This document shows positions 49,100 to 57,959 of a stretch of 64,000 bases of DNA, piece after piece. The notes under the pieces are model-generated. The model worked only from the letters and a program-made list of their open reading frames with translations. It did no database searches and was not told the origin of the DNA. The DNA comes from an uncultured Bacteroidaceae bacterium. Lineage in GTDB: Bacteria; Bacteroidota; Bacteroidia; Bacteroidales; Bacteroidaceae. The stretch spans positions 4,434 through 68,433 of the forward strand of contig CAJOJD010000003.1 of the NCBI GenBank assembly GCA_905234745.1, given 5' to 3'. Position 1 is the first letter of the stretch. Each line of letters opens with the position of its first letter. A program made the position numbers and the translations under genes.

Positions 49100-49651
49100 A
49101 TGAAACGAATTCTTTATTGCATTGCATTCATGTTCATCTCCGTGATGATGTCAGCACAGGATATTCCTGCAGGTATGCGCATGGAGGTAGCAGAACTGGA
49201 GTTGGACAACAACGAGTACTCAATCTTCCAGTACAAGGATCCTGACGGCACTACCGCTTATTACCTGAGTCTGGGTAACGTTTTCCACATACTGGGATTC
49301 TTCCGCGATGATATCACAGACATGGCTATCGATCATTTTGACGAGGCATGCCTTGTTATCGGCAACACCCAGGAGGAGGCAATCGCATTCCTGGACGGAC
49401 TGCTTGAGCTCCTCAACCAGAAGATCGGTACTACGAAAGAATTCAAGTACAGGAAGACCAACGGAGCCGAAAGACTGACTGACACAGACGTATCGACATG
49501 CACCGTAACCAAACGGTTCCTGCAGAGCAAAAGGCTGAGTTTCCAGTTTGTAAGCGGAAACCGCACGGTCGAGACTGACCTCAAGAAATCAACGATCAAG
49601 AATCTGCGTCTGAACGTCAGGATCAACAAGAAACTGCATCCCGACAAGTAA
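49100..49651 (+). CDS. Hypothetical secreted protein
   Basis: 183 aa with signal peptide MKRILYCIAFMFISVMMSAQ. I recognise no motifs. Confidence 0.45.
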   Translation: MKRILYCIAFMFISVMMSAQDIPAGMRMEVAELELDNNEYSIFQYKDPDGTTAYYLSLGNVFHILGFFRDDITDMAIDHFDEACLVIGNTQEEAIAFLDGLLELLNQKIGTTKEFKYRKTNGAERLTDTDVSTCTVTKRFLQSKRLSFQFVSGNRTVETDLKKSTIKNLRLNVRINKKLHPDK

Positions 49652-49653
49652 CC

Positions 49654-50892
49654 TTACTCGAAGCGGATTGACTTGGAGGGAACGATGCGGGAAATCACGG
49701 CACTTGGGATGAGCATCATAAGCATGGAGAGAATGAACATCACTACGTTCAGAATTATGAGCCATCCCAGTCCCACCTGCATTGGCACGCTGTCCAGATA
49801 GTAATTGGCCGGATCAAGCGGGAAGATATGGAACCACTGCTGTGCCAGGCATATCACTATTCCCACAGCATTTCCGATAGCCATTCCCTTGAGTATTATA
49901 TATGAAGCCAGCCTGAGGAATATCTTCCTTACCGTCTTGTTTGATGCACCCATTGACTTTAGCATGCCAATGGTTGCAGTACGTTCAAATATTATTATGA
50001 GCAATCCGGAGATCATGGTGAATCCGGCTATTCCCATCATAAGCGCCAGTATTATCCAGACATTCAGATCCAACACTTCAAGCCAGGCAAACAAGCCCGA
50101 GTGTGTATCATAAAGCGTACGTACCAGAAAATCTTCGCCGGTCTGCTTCTCGATCGCATTCATCACATCACGTACCTGACCGTAACCTTCATCCACCTTG
50201 CTTACACTGGTCAGACCTATCTCAAGACCGCTGTACTCATAGGGTTCCCAGTCGTTAAGACGTTGCAGCAATTTGATCTCGGTTATACCGAACAACCTGT
50301 CATACTCCAGGAAACCGGTTTCATAAATACCGGTAACGGTAAGACGCCTGATCCTGACCTGATCCTGCATGAAATAGACATCGGCTTTGGTGCCAACATC
50401 CAGCCCAAGCATATCGGCTATATTACGGGACAGTATTACCCAGTTGTTGCCAAGTGAGTCCTTGGGCTCGGGAAAGCCTCCCCTCAACATATAACGGTTC
50501 AGGAAAGTGCGGTCATAATCTGCGCCAATGCCCTTGAGCATAAAACCATGGAAAGCCTCACTGGTACGGATAATGCAGGGCTTGTTCACATAGGGCTGGA
50601 CATGCTCTACTACACTCTGGGACAGAAGCGCATCCATTGTAGTGTCCATGCATACAACCGGATCCTCAATCACTCCAAGACCCACACGGGAATTGGTTAC
50701 GGTGATATGCTGGGAGAATCCCATCACCTTGTCACGTATCTGATTCTTGAAACCGCGGGTAATGGCAATGGTAAGTATCATAACAGCCAGACCCACCGCA
50801 ATGCCGGCTGTGGCAATGATGATAGCCGGACGCGAGCCGCCTTTTACGCCCTCATCCCTACCGTACAACCGTCTGGCCAGAAACTTCTCCAT
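49654..50892 (-). CDS. FtsX/LolC/LolE-family ABC transporter permease
   Basis: 412 aa from MEKFLARRL.... It has TM1, a large periplasmic domain and three C-terminal TM segments (FtsX fold). The track start at 50934 adds 14 unlikely residues. Confidence 0.8.
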   Translation of the reverse strand: MEKFLARRLYGRDEGVKGGSRPAIIIATAGIAVGLAVMILTIAITRGFKNQIRDKVMGFSQHITVTNSRVGLGVIEDPVVCMDTTMDALLSQSVVEHVQPYVNKPCIIRTSEAFHGFMLKGIGADYDRTFLNRYMLRGGFPEPKDSLGNNWVILSRNIADMLGLDVGTKADVYFMQDQVRIRRLTVTGIYETGFLEYDRLFGITEIKLLQRLNDWEPYEYSGLEIGLTSVSKVDEGYGQVRDVMNAIEKQTGEDFLVRTLYDTHSGLFAWLEVLDLNVWIILALMMGIAGFTMISGLLIIIFERTATIGMLKSMGASNKTVRKIFLRLASYIILKGMAIGNAVGIVICLAQQWFHIFPLDPANYYLDSVPMQVGLGWLIILNVVMFILSMLMMLIPSAVISRIVPSKSIRFE

Positions 50893-51060
50893 AACTGAAC
50901 GCGAAGATAGTTCTTTTGATGTTCCCAGACACATGATAAAACACCAAAAATGGCAAATGTCACTATTATTTCTATTTTGATACTGCTATTATTCAAGCTG
51001 AAACCCGCCCGCACAGAGTGCTTCATAAATTGCAGACCATTAAACCACACTAACAGCCTT

Positions 51061-51213
51061 ATGAGCAAAAAACGCAGAAAAAATTATGAGACACCCGTGA
51101 CACAGGTAATCGAGGTGAAAATGCAGGGCGTACTCGCAGCCAGCGGAGATCCGCTGGATCCGCTAAGTGATCCGTTATTCATTATTCCTTTTGGAGGAGG
51201 TGAAGATTGGTAA
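51061..51213 (+). CDS. Small ORF (50 aa), basic N-terminus and acidic Pro-rich C-terminus with DPL repeats
   Basis: MSKKRRKNYETPVTQVIEVKMQGVLAASGDPLDPLSDPLFIIPFGGGEDW. It ends 22 nt before the next gene. Whether it is really coding is unproven. Confidence 0.35.
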   Translation: MSKKRRKNYETPVTQVIEVKMQGVLAASGDPLDPLSDPLFIIPFGGGEDW

Positions 51214-51235
51214 TTAATAAAAAGGAATACAGTTT

Positions 51236-52909
51236 ATGAAAAAGGTATTTTTTATTCTTTTCGCACTTGCAGCGCTGACAGCCTGCGACACTGAAGGACT
51301 GGGTCTATTTCAGAACGACACGAGTCAGGATAATACAGCTAACAGGATAAAGGGGGATTTTGGAGGACTCAAACTTGATCTCACCATAACATTAGGTGAC
51401 GCAACAGCCGGCACCAAGGCTACTGTTAAGAATGATTTTGCTGTCAATGACGTGGTATTTGTAACCATAACCGGATACCATGCCAGCCACCACTATCTGG
51501 AATTGAAGAAAACAGGGGCAGACACATGGACAGCTACTCCTAAAAACGGATTCGACATAGAACTGTATAACACCACCGGAACAATGACCGCCGTCTATTT
51601 CCCATACGGCAGTTCATTGAATCTCAAGACTTCAACGGGAACTGTCGTATTTGAAGACCGCGAAGATCATCAATATAACTACGGAGGTCTGTTCTATCAG
51701 GCAGAGAACGCCGCCTATGAAGTCAATGGAGGAGTGTTGTGCGGTACACTGAACCTGGTGGCTCCCAATCTTTCTGCCGGTGGCCATGATGACGATAAAT
51801 TCATCCATTTTGACATAACAGGTTATACTGATGGTCATGATTACAAACTATATCAGGATTATGTGACACCTATCAGGTTTATGGGTATAAATGAAATGGG
51901 CATTGTATCCTGGGAGACTGGCAGCGCAGGTGCCGCGCTCCAAGGATATAAGGATAGTGGCAACGACATAATCTCTTTCTCAGGATTGCTTAATTCCAGC
52001 GCAGTAGGCAACGAGTTGGATTATCAGTTCTCAATCATTGACTGGACTGACTCAATAGCCTATACCCGTGATGCAGGCAACAAGACCCTGAGTACTTCAA
52101 AATACATAGGTATAGGTGATATCTCCACCAGCACATGGAATGCAATGGAGTTTGTTGATATGGGTACATCTGGAAGCAATCTTTATCCTATTTATTGGGC
52201 AAAGAGAAACGTTGGTGCCACTGCCGATAACGGTAGGGCAAGCTACGGCAAATATTTTGCATGGGGAGATGTAAACGGTTATTATATCGAAGAAGACCAA
52301 TGGCAACCATTTCCTGACACATATCCCGAATATATTTTTGATGTCTGCACTACCAACAGTTTCAATACACAACCTGTATGCGATGTTGACGGAGACGGAA
52401 ACCTTTTGCCGGCATATGACGGTGCAAAAGCCACTATGAAAGGTTTCTGGCGTATGCCCACCGAATACGATTATATGATATTGACATCAAACGCTTCAAA
52501 AACATATTCCGCAGGAGGAGCAACCCTGACCAGTACCATAGACGGGTATGAAGGCAGGCACTTTTTCTTACCCGCAGCTGGTACCTTGAAGTACAATGCA
52601 GAGTTATGGGCTACTTACAGTCGTTGCATGCTTTCGCGTACTGGAAGTGTATTAAGTGACCCTGAACTTGATCCTTCTGATCCCGCTAATTATATAGATA
52701 CTTTCAATGGCATGTATTGGACCTCGACCAAGGCAGAAATAATATTTCAAGGAAATCCTGTAGATAGGCCTGGTCATATATCACTGGACACCTACCTTGT
52801 AGAGCCTGATCCGGTCTATAGAGGTCGCATTAGCTCTGGTTACAGCTCTCTTGAAAGTGAGTTCACTGTGGGCAGACCGATTCGTGCCGTATTCCAGGTA
52901 CCGGAATAA
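51236..52909 (+). CDS. Lipoprotein: fimbrillin-like N-terminal half plus FISUMP/DUF1566-like C-terminal domain
   Basis: Lipoprotein signal ALAALTAC. The C-terminal half has the pattern WAKRNVGA...YGKYFAWGD...FWRMPTEYDY...FFLPAAG...MYWTST, characteristic of the Fib_succ_major/DUF1566-type domains. Confidence 0.55.
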   Translation: MKKVFFILFALAALTACDTEGLGLFQNDTSQDNTANRIKGDFGGLKLDLTITLGDATAGTKATVKNDFAVNDVVFVTITGYHASHHYLELKKTGADTWTATPKNGFDIELYNTTGTMTAVYFPYGSSLNLKTSTGTVVFEDREDHQYNYGGLFYQAENAAYEVNGGVLCGTLNLVAPNLSAGGHDDDKFIHFDITGYTDGHDYKLYQDYVTPIRFMGINEMGIVSWETGSAGAALQGYKDSGNDIISFSGLLNSSAVGNELDYQFSIIDWTDSIAYTRDAGNKTLSTSKYIGIGDISTSTWNAMEFVDMGTSGSNLYPIYWAKRNVGATADNGRASYGKYFAWGDVNGYYIEEDQWQPFPDTYPEYIFDVCTTNSFNTQPVCDVDGDGNLLPAYDGAKATMKGFWRMPTEYDYMILTSNASKTYSAGGATLTSTIDGYEGRHFFLPAAGTLKYNAELWATYSRCMLSRTGSVLSDPELDPSDPANYIDTFNGMYWTSTKAEIIFQGNPVDRPGHISLDTYLVEPDPVYRGRISSGYSSLESEFTVGRPIRAVFQVPE

Positions 52910-52919
52910 ACCATTGTAT

Positions 52920-52954
52920 AAAGCTGGTGGGGTTAGCCCTGCCGGCTTTATTTG
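52920..52954 (+). terminator. Possible terminator hairpin
   Basis: AAAGCTGG/CCGGCTTT outer stem (one G-U pair) with an inner GGG/CCC stem and a 4-nt loop, followed by ATTTG. The T tract is weak. Confidence 0.35.
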
Positions 52955-52986
52955 CATCATTATAGCTTAATCTCTATATTTACAAA

Positions 52987-54639
52987 GTGAAACGTTCGCT
53001 TCTGATTTTTCCAACAATTGCCTTTATGGTGGCGGGGTGCTCTACTGATCAAACCGGAGAACACTCTTTGACATCACCCGACGGAACTGTGTGGCAGTCT
53101 ATGACGGTTGAGAGGCTGCCGGACCTGAACACCCCAAGAGGAAACCACCGAACTTTTGTCTTAGGTGATGAGATTGTGGTCCTGGGTGGCCACACAGAAG
53201 GATTCAAACCGTTGGAAACGGGCGAGTATTACGCTGACGGCTCCTGGCACACAATGTCTATGCTCTATCCCCACCAGAACGGCTTTGCAGCAAAACTGCC
53301 GGACGGAAAGATAATGCTGGGCGGTGGTAACGCCGAGGCATTCGGCATAGGGCAAAGTTGGGGTGCCGAGATATATGATCCCCAAACGCATACCTTTTCT
53401 CCAACAGGCATTATGACTCAGAAGCGAGCCCTATCGTCGGCCCTTACACTGAATGACGGCAGGATAATGATTACAGGTAATTGGTATGCCGATGACAGTT
53501 ATGAGATTTGGTCTGAGAAAGAGGGTTTTGTCCCTGGAGACACGCTTTTACCGGGATGGTCAGCACCGTTTGTAATGCATGCATCCCAGGACGACATCAT
53601 CATATTCGGACGTTTTGATACCAGAGGCGATGACGTCTCCGGCATTGTGAAGCACATTAAGGGAAAAACTGAACAAATCCCGCTGTTGGAAAAATGGGAT
53701 GTTTCCCATAACTATTTCCTCTTACCTGGTGATTATCAGATTGATGATTACACTTATCTGATTCCTGCAACAGACATCACAGCCGGCCAGACTGCAATCA
53801 TTAAGGTTGCCAACGGGGAGTTCTCTCTACTGGAAATGGAGAAGCCTATCCCGTCTCAAGGGCCTGACGGCAATCATATATTCTGGGGATATCTACAAGT
53901 TGACCGCTCTGAAGGAATTTTCTGGCTACAGGGATTTGCTACTAAAACAGGCCGCATATACTTTGCGCGTTTAGGTTATGACGGCAAACAGCCCGCATCA
54001 TTCTTCTATGCTGACGCACCGGACGGATTCCAGAACGTCGTGGCCAGACTCATGCCTGGAAACAGGATGATTGTGGCGGGTGGCTTGGGTTATGTCAAGG
54101 ATTCATTTCCTCCTTTGGCCGACAACTTCAAGACATATTCATCGGCTTATATTTTCCATACGGATATACCTAAAAAAACGGCTGTTCCATTATGGGTAAT
54201 CATTATTTGCATACTTGCCGCAGCAGGCTTAATAATTTTCATTCTTTTAAAGAACAGAAAACGCGATGAAGAAGTCACGGTTACAACCGATGACAGCCGC
54301 ATCAACCTGATGGAGCAGATATCGACACTGATTGAGGAGAAGGAACTTTATAGGCGTAAGAATCTACGCATAACCGATGTGGCATCGGAACTTGCCACCA
54401 ACAAGACCTATGTAAGCATCATCCTGAACAACCTGTCGGGCGAAAGCTTTACCACCATGATAACCCGATACCGCGTCATGTACGCCCAGAAACTCCTGCG
54501 CGAGCGCCCCGACATGATGCTTGACGAGGTGGCCGATCAATCCGGATTCTCATCACGTACCACTTTCTTCCGCAACTTCAAAGTCGTTACCGGCATGACG
54601 CCCCAGGAGTGGAAGAACCAAACTGAAAAAAACGGATAG
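52987..54639 (+). CDS. Membrane-anchored AraC-family regulator with extracytoplasmic Kelch-like beta-propeller
   Basis: A GTG start gives the lipoprotein signal MKRSLLIFPTIAFMVAGC. About 380 aa of Kelch-like repeats follow (VLGGH..., DGKIMLGGG, DGRIMITGN), then a TM segment VPLWVIIICILAAAGLIIFILL and an AraC HTH (ITDVASELATNKTYVSIILN...SGFSSRTTFFRNFKVVTGMTPQEW). Confidence 0.7.
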   Translation: MKRSLLIFPTIAFMVAGCSTDQTGEHSLTSPDGTVWQSMTVERLPDLNTPRGNHRTFVLGDEIVVLGGHTEGFKPLETGEYYADGSWHTMSMLYPHQNGFAAKLPDGKIMLGGGNAEAFGIGQSWGAEIYDPQTHTFSPTGIMTQKRALSSALTLNDGRIMITGNWYADDSYEIWSEKEGFVPGDTLLPGWSAPFVMHASQDDIIIFGRFDTRGDDVSGIVKHIKGKTEQIPLLEKWDVSHNYFLLPGDYQIDDYTYLIPATDITAGQTAIIKVANGEFSLLEMEKPIPSQGPDGNHIFWGYLQVDRSEGIFWLQGFATKTGRIYFARLGYDGKQPASFFYADAPDGFQNVVARLMPGNRMIVAGGLGYVKDSFPPLADNFKTYSSAYIFHTDIPKKTAVPLWVIIICILAAAGLIIFILLKNRKRDEEVTVTTDDSRINLMEQISTLIEEKELYRRKNLRITDVASELATNKTYVSIILNNLSGESFTTMITRYRVMYAQKLLRERPDMMLDEVADQSGFSSRTTFFRNFKVVTGMTPQEWKNQTEKNG

Positions 54640-54677
54640 ATTCGGTGAACTGAAAGCGAAGATAAGCTTTTTACGTT

Positions 54678-54685
54678 TATCTTTG
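54678..54685 (+). promoter_or_regulatory. Candidate -7 box TATCTTTG
   Basis: It ends 5 nt before the ATG at 54691. Confidence 0.35.
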
Positions 54686-54690
54686 CCCTT

Positions 54691-57210
54691 ATGAGACGCA
54701 TAAAACAAATACTATTTTTCCTGTTTGCCCTTTCCTTTACAGGTCTCGGCGCAAGGGAGGTTGAGAACTTCAACGGAGATTGGAAATTCAGTCTTAATGT
54801 AGGGGCAAAGGAGAACCCTGAAGCACCCGAATATGACGACAGCGGCTGGCGGGAACTGAATCTACCGCACGACTGGGCCATCGAGGGTGATTTCGATGAG
54901 CACAATCCCTCCGGCACAGGTGGCGGAGCGCTGCCCGGCGGCATAGGCTGGTACCGCAAGAATTTCAAGGTAAGCAAGAAGGATCAGGGAAAGATTATCA
55001 GCATAGAATTTGACGGCATCTACATGAACAGCTCGGTCTGGATTAACGGACACCTGCTGGGCACACGCCCCTACGGATACATATCATTCAGCTATGACCT
55101 TACTCCTTATATCAACTGGGACGGAGACAATGTTATAGCCGTAAAGGTCGATAACTCCGACCAGCCCAACAGCCGCTGGTACTCGGGTTGCGGCATTTAC
55201 CGTGATGTGAGGATCGTAAAGACCGGTCTTATTCGTGTAGCCCAATGGGGTACTTATGTAAGAACTGACAGGATATCTCAAGATAAAGCCTTGGTCCGCC
55301 TCAATGTATCGGTCATTGATGAAGACCCTATTATATCCAAAGTAATAAGGACATTGACTGTCACATCCACAGTCAAGGACTCTAATGGTAAAAAAGTTGC
55401 AAGCAGCAGTACAAGCAGACAATTGGAATTCCGTGAGGTTCTTGATCTTGAAGACAGCATCTGGGTGGAAGCCCCGCACCTGTGGAGCGTTGATGACCCG
55501 TACATGTACACATTGGTCACCAATGTAAGCGTGAATGGAAAACAGGTAGACACATATGAGACCCCGTTCGGAATCCGCACAATCGAGTTCCGCGCCGACA
55601 GCGGATTCTTCCTGAACGGAGAGCACGTACGCATAAACGGAGTCTGCAACCACCACGATCTGGGCTGTCTGGGCGCAGCAACAAACGAGCGTGCCATAGA
55701 ACGCCAATTACAGATACTCAAAGGGATGGGCTGCAACGGAATACGCTGCTCACACAATCCGCCCTCACCCATACTGCTGGACCTGTGTGACCGCATGGGA
55801 TTCCTGGTAATGGACGAGGCATTTGATATGTGGCGCCGCCGCAAGACCGACCGCGACTACGCCCGATTCTTTGATGACTGGTACGAGCGTGACCTGACCG
55901 ACCTTGTAGTACGTGACCGCAACCACCCCAGCATAGTGCTGTGGAGCATAGGCAACGAGGTCCTGGAGCAGTGGTCCGATGCCAAGGCAGATACCCTGAG
56001 CCTTGAACAGGCCAACCTTATACTTAACATGGGACACAGCGAGGACCAGTTGGCCAAGGAGGGTGAAATGAACGTTAATTCAATGATCACCGCCCGCCTG
56101 GCAGAGATAATTAAGGAACTTGACCCCACCCGTCCGGTAACTGCCGGTTGCAATGAGCCCAGCCCCGGCAACCACCTGTTCCGTTCCGGCGCCATTGACG
56201 TGATAGGCTACAACTACCACAACCAGAATGTACCGGCAGTGCCGCGCCTGTTCCCTGGCAAGCCGTTCATCATCACCGAGAGCGTATCGGCCCTGATGAC
56301 ACGCGGATTCTATGAGATGCCGTCGGACCAACTCATGACACGCCCCGTGCGCTGGGACCGCCCCTACTTTAACGAGACATTCTCATGCTCGGCTTATGAC
56401 AACGTGGCCACCCCGTGGGGCAGCCATCATGAGGAGAACCTGATTTTCCTTAACAGCCAGCCATTCGTTGCAGGACAGTATATCTGGACCGGATTTGACT
56501 ATATTGGTGAGCCCACCCCTTACGGCTGGCCCGCCCGCAGTTCATATTTTGGAATTGTTGACCTGGCCGGATTCCCCAAGGACATCTACTATCTGTACCA
56601 GTCAGAGTGGACCGATACACCCGTGCTGCACCTGTTCCCCCACTGGAACTGGGAGCCCGGAGAGCAGGTTGACATGTGGTGCTACTACAACAATGCCGAT
56701 GAGGTGGAGCTCTTTATAAACAGTGTATCGCAGGGCATTCGCCATAAGGACGCAGAGCATCTGCACGTAGTCTGGAACGTGACATTTGAGCCGGGAACGG
56801 TTAAGGTCGTGGCCCGCAAGGACGGCGTAGAGACCGCCAGCCGGGAGATACATACCGCAGGTGAGCCCGCACAGATTCGCCTCACCCCCGACCGCAACAC
56901 CATCAAGGCCGACGGCAAGGACCTGAGCTTCATCACCGTCGAGATACTGGATGAGGACGGCAACCTGTGCCCCAATGCCGAAAACCTGGTTGAGTTCAAT
57001 ATCAACGGCAATGGTTTTATAGCCGGTGTGGACAACGGAAGCCCCATTTCACTGGAACGCTTCAAGGACAATAAGCGCAAGGCATTCTACGGAAAGTGCC
57101 TTGTAGTGGTCCAGAACGACGGTAAAAAGGGAAATATCCAGATTGAGGCCACGTCCGAAGGACTAAAACATGCACAAACTATAATAAAGTGTGCACCTAA
57201 AGTCAAATAA
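54691..57210 (+). CDS. Glycoside hydrolase family 2 (beta-galactosidase-like)
   Basis: 839 aa with a signal peptide, NLPHDWAIEG, RNHPSIVLWSIGNE (acid/base region) and C-terminal Ig-like domains. Confidence 0.85.
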   Translation: MRRIKQILFFLFALSFTGLGAREVENFNGDWKFSLNVGAKENPEAPEYDDSGWRELNLPHDWAIEGDFDEHNPSGTGGGALPGGIGWYRKNFKVSKKDQGKIISIEFDGIYMNSSVWINGHLLGTRPYGYISFSYDLTPYINWDGDNVIAVKVDNSDQPNSRWYSGCGIYRDVRIVKTGLIRVAQWGTYVRTDRISQDKALVRLNVSVIDEDPIISKVIRTLTVTSTVKDSNGKKVASSSTSRQLEFREVLDLEDSIWVEAPHLWSVDDPYMYTLVTNVSVNGKQVDTYETPFGIRTIEFRADSGFFLNGEHVRINGVCNHHDLGCLGAATNERAIERQLQILKGMGCNGIRCSHNPPSPILLDLCDRMGFLVMDEAFDMWRRRKTDRDYARFFDDWYERDLTDLVVRDRNHPSIVLWSIGNEVLEQWSDAKADTLSLEQANLILNMGHSEDQLAKEGEMNVNSMITARLAEIIKELDPTRPVTAGCNEPSPGNHLFRSGAIDVIGYNYHNQNVPAVPRLFPGKPFIITESVSALMTRGFYEMPSDQLMTRPVRWDRPYFNETFSCSAYDNVATPWGSHHEENLIFLNSQPFVAGQYIWTGFDYIGEPTPYGWPARSSYFGIVDLAGFPKDIYYLYQSEWTDTPVLHLFPHWNWEPGEQVDMWCYYNNADEVELFINSVSQGIRHKDAEHLHVVWNVTFEPGTVKVVARKDGVETASREIHTAGEPAQIRLTPDRNTIKADGKDLSFITVEILDEDGNLCPNAENLVEFNINGNGFIAGVDNGSPISLERFKDNKRKAFYGKCLVVVQNDGKKGNIQIEATSEGLKHAQTIIKCAPKVK

Positions 57211-57245
57211 TGGCAAATAAAAAAACAGCAGTGCCCGCCACTAAG

Positions 57246-57253
57246 TAACTTTG
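57246..57253 (+). promoter_or_regulatory. Candidate -7 box TAACTTTG
   Basis: It lies 17 nt upstream of the ATG at 57271. Confidence 0.3.
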
Positions 57254-57270
57254 CAGCGCTTTCACAGCAT

Positions 57271-57948
57271 ATGATCAAAGAGAACCTGAACAGAATCAAA
57301 GCCACACTCCCCGCAGGAGTAACGCTTGTAGCGGTATCCAAGACCCATCCGGTCGAGATGCTCCAGGAGGCTTATGATGCCGGCCAGCGCATATTCGGCG
57401 AGAACAAAGTTCAGGAGATGACTGCAAAAAGCCAGGTTCTGCCCAAGGACATCGAGTGGCATTTCATCGGCCACGTCCAGAGCAACAAGATCAAGATGAT
57501 GGCTCCGTACGTATCGGTCATACAGGGTGTCGACACCTTTGACAAACTGGTTGAGATAGACCGTCAGGCCGCCCGTTTCGGCCGTCACATAACCTGCCTT
57601 CTGCAACTGCACATTGCCTCCGAGGAGACCAAGTTCGGTTTCTCAGCCGATGAGTGCACCGCAATGCTGGATGAAGGTAAGTGGATGTCACTGCAAAACA
57701 TCACCATAGGTGGAGTAATGGGAATGGCCACCAATACCGATGATCTTGCTCAGGTACGCCGTGAATTCAGCCGTCTTAAGGAGCTTTTTGATACATACAA
57801 GCAGAAGTATTTTGCCGACAGTGCTGATTTCAATACCATATCGGCCGGCATGAGCGGCGATTATGAATTGGCTATTGAGGCTGGAAGTAATATGGTACGC
57901 ATAGGCAGTTCCATATTCGGAGAGAGAAACTACAATCTGAACAAATAA
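57271..57948 (+). CDS. yggS: YggS-family PLP-binding homeostasis protein
   Basis: 225 aa with LVAVSKTHP (PLP Lys), HFIGHVQSNK and GMSGDY. Confidence 0.88.
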   Translation: MIKENLNRIKATLPAGVTLVAVSKTHPVEMLQEAYDAGQRIFGENKVQEMTAKSQVLPKDIEWHFIGHVQSNKIKMMAPYVSVIQGVDTFDKLVEIDRQAARFGRHITCLLQLHIASEETKFGFSADECTAMLDEGKWMSLQNITIGGVMGMATNTDDLAQVRREFSRLKELFDTYKQKYFADSADFNTISAGMSGDYELAIEAGSNMVRIGSSIFGERNYNLNK

Positions 57949-57959
57949 CAACACATTAT

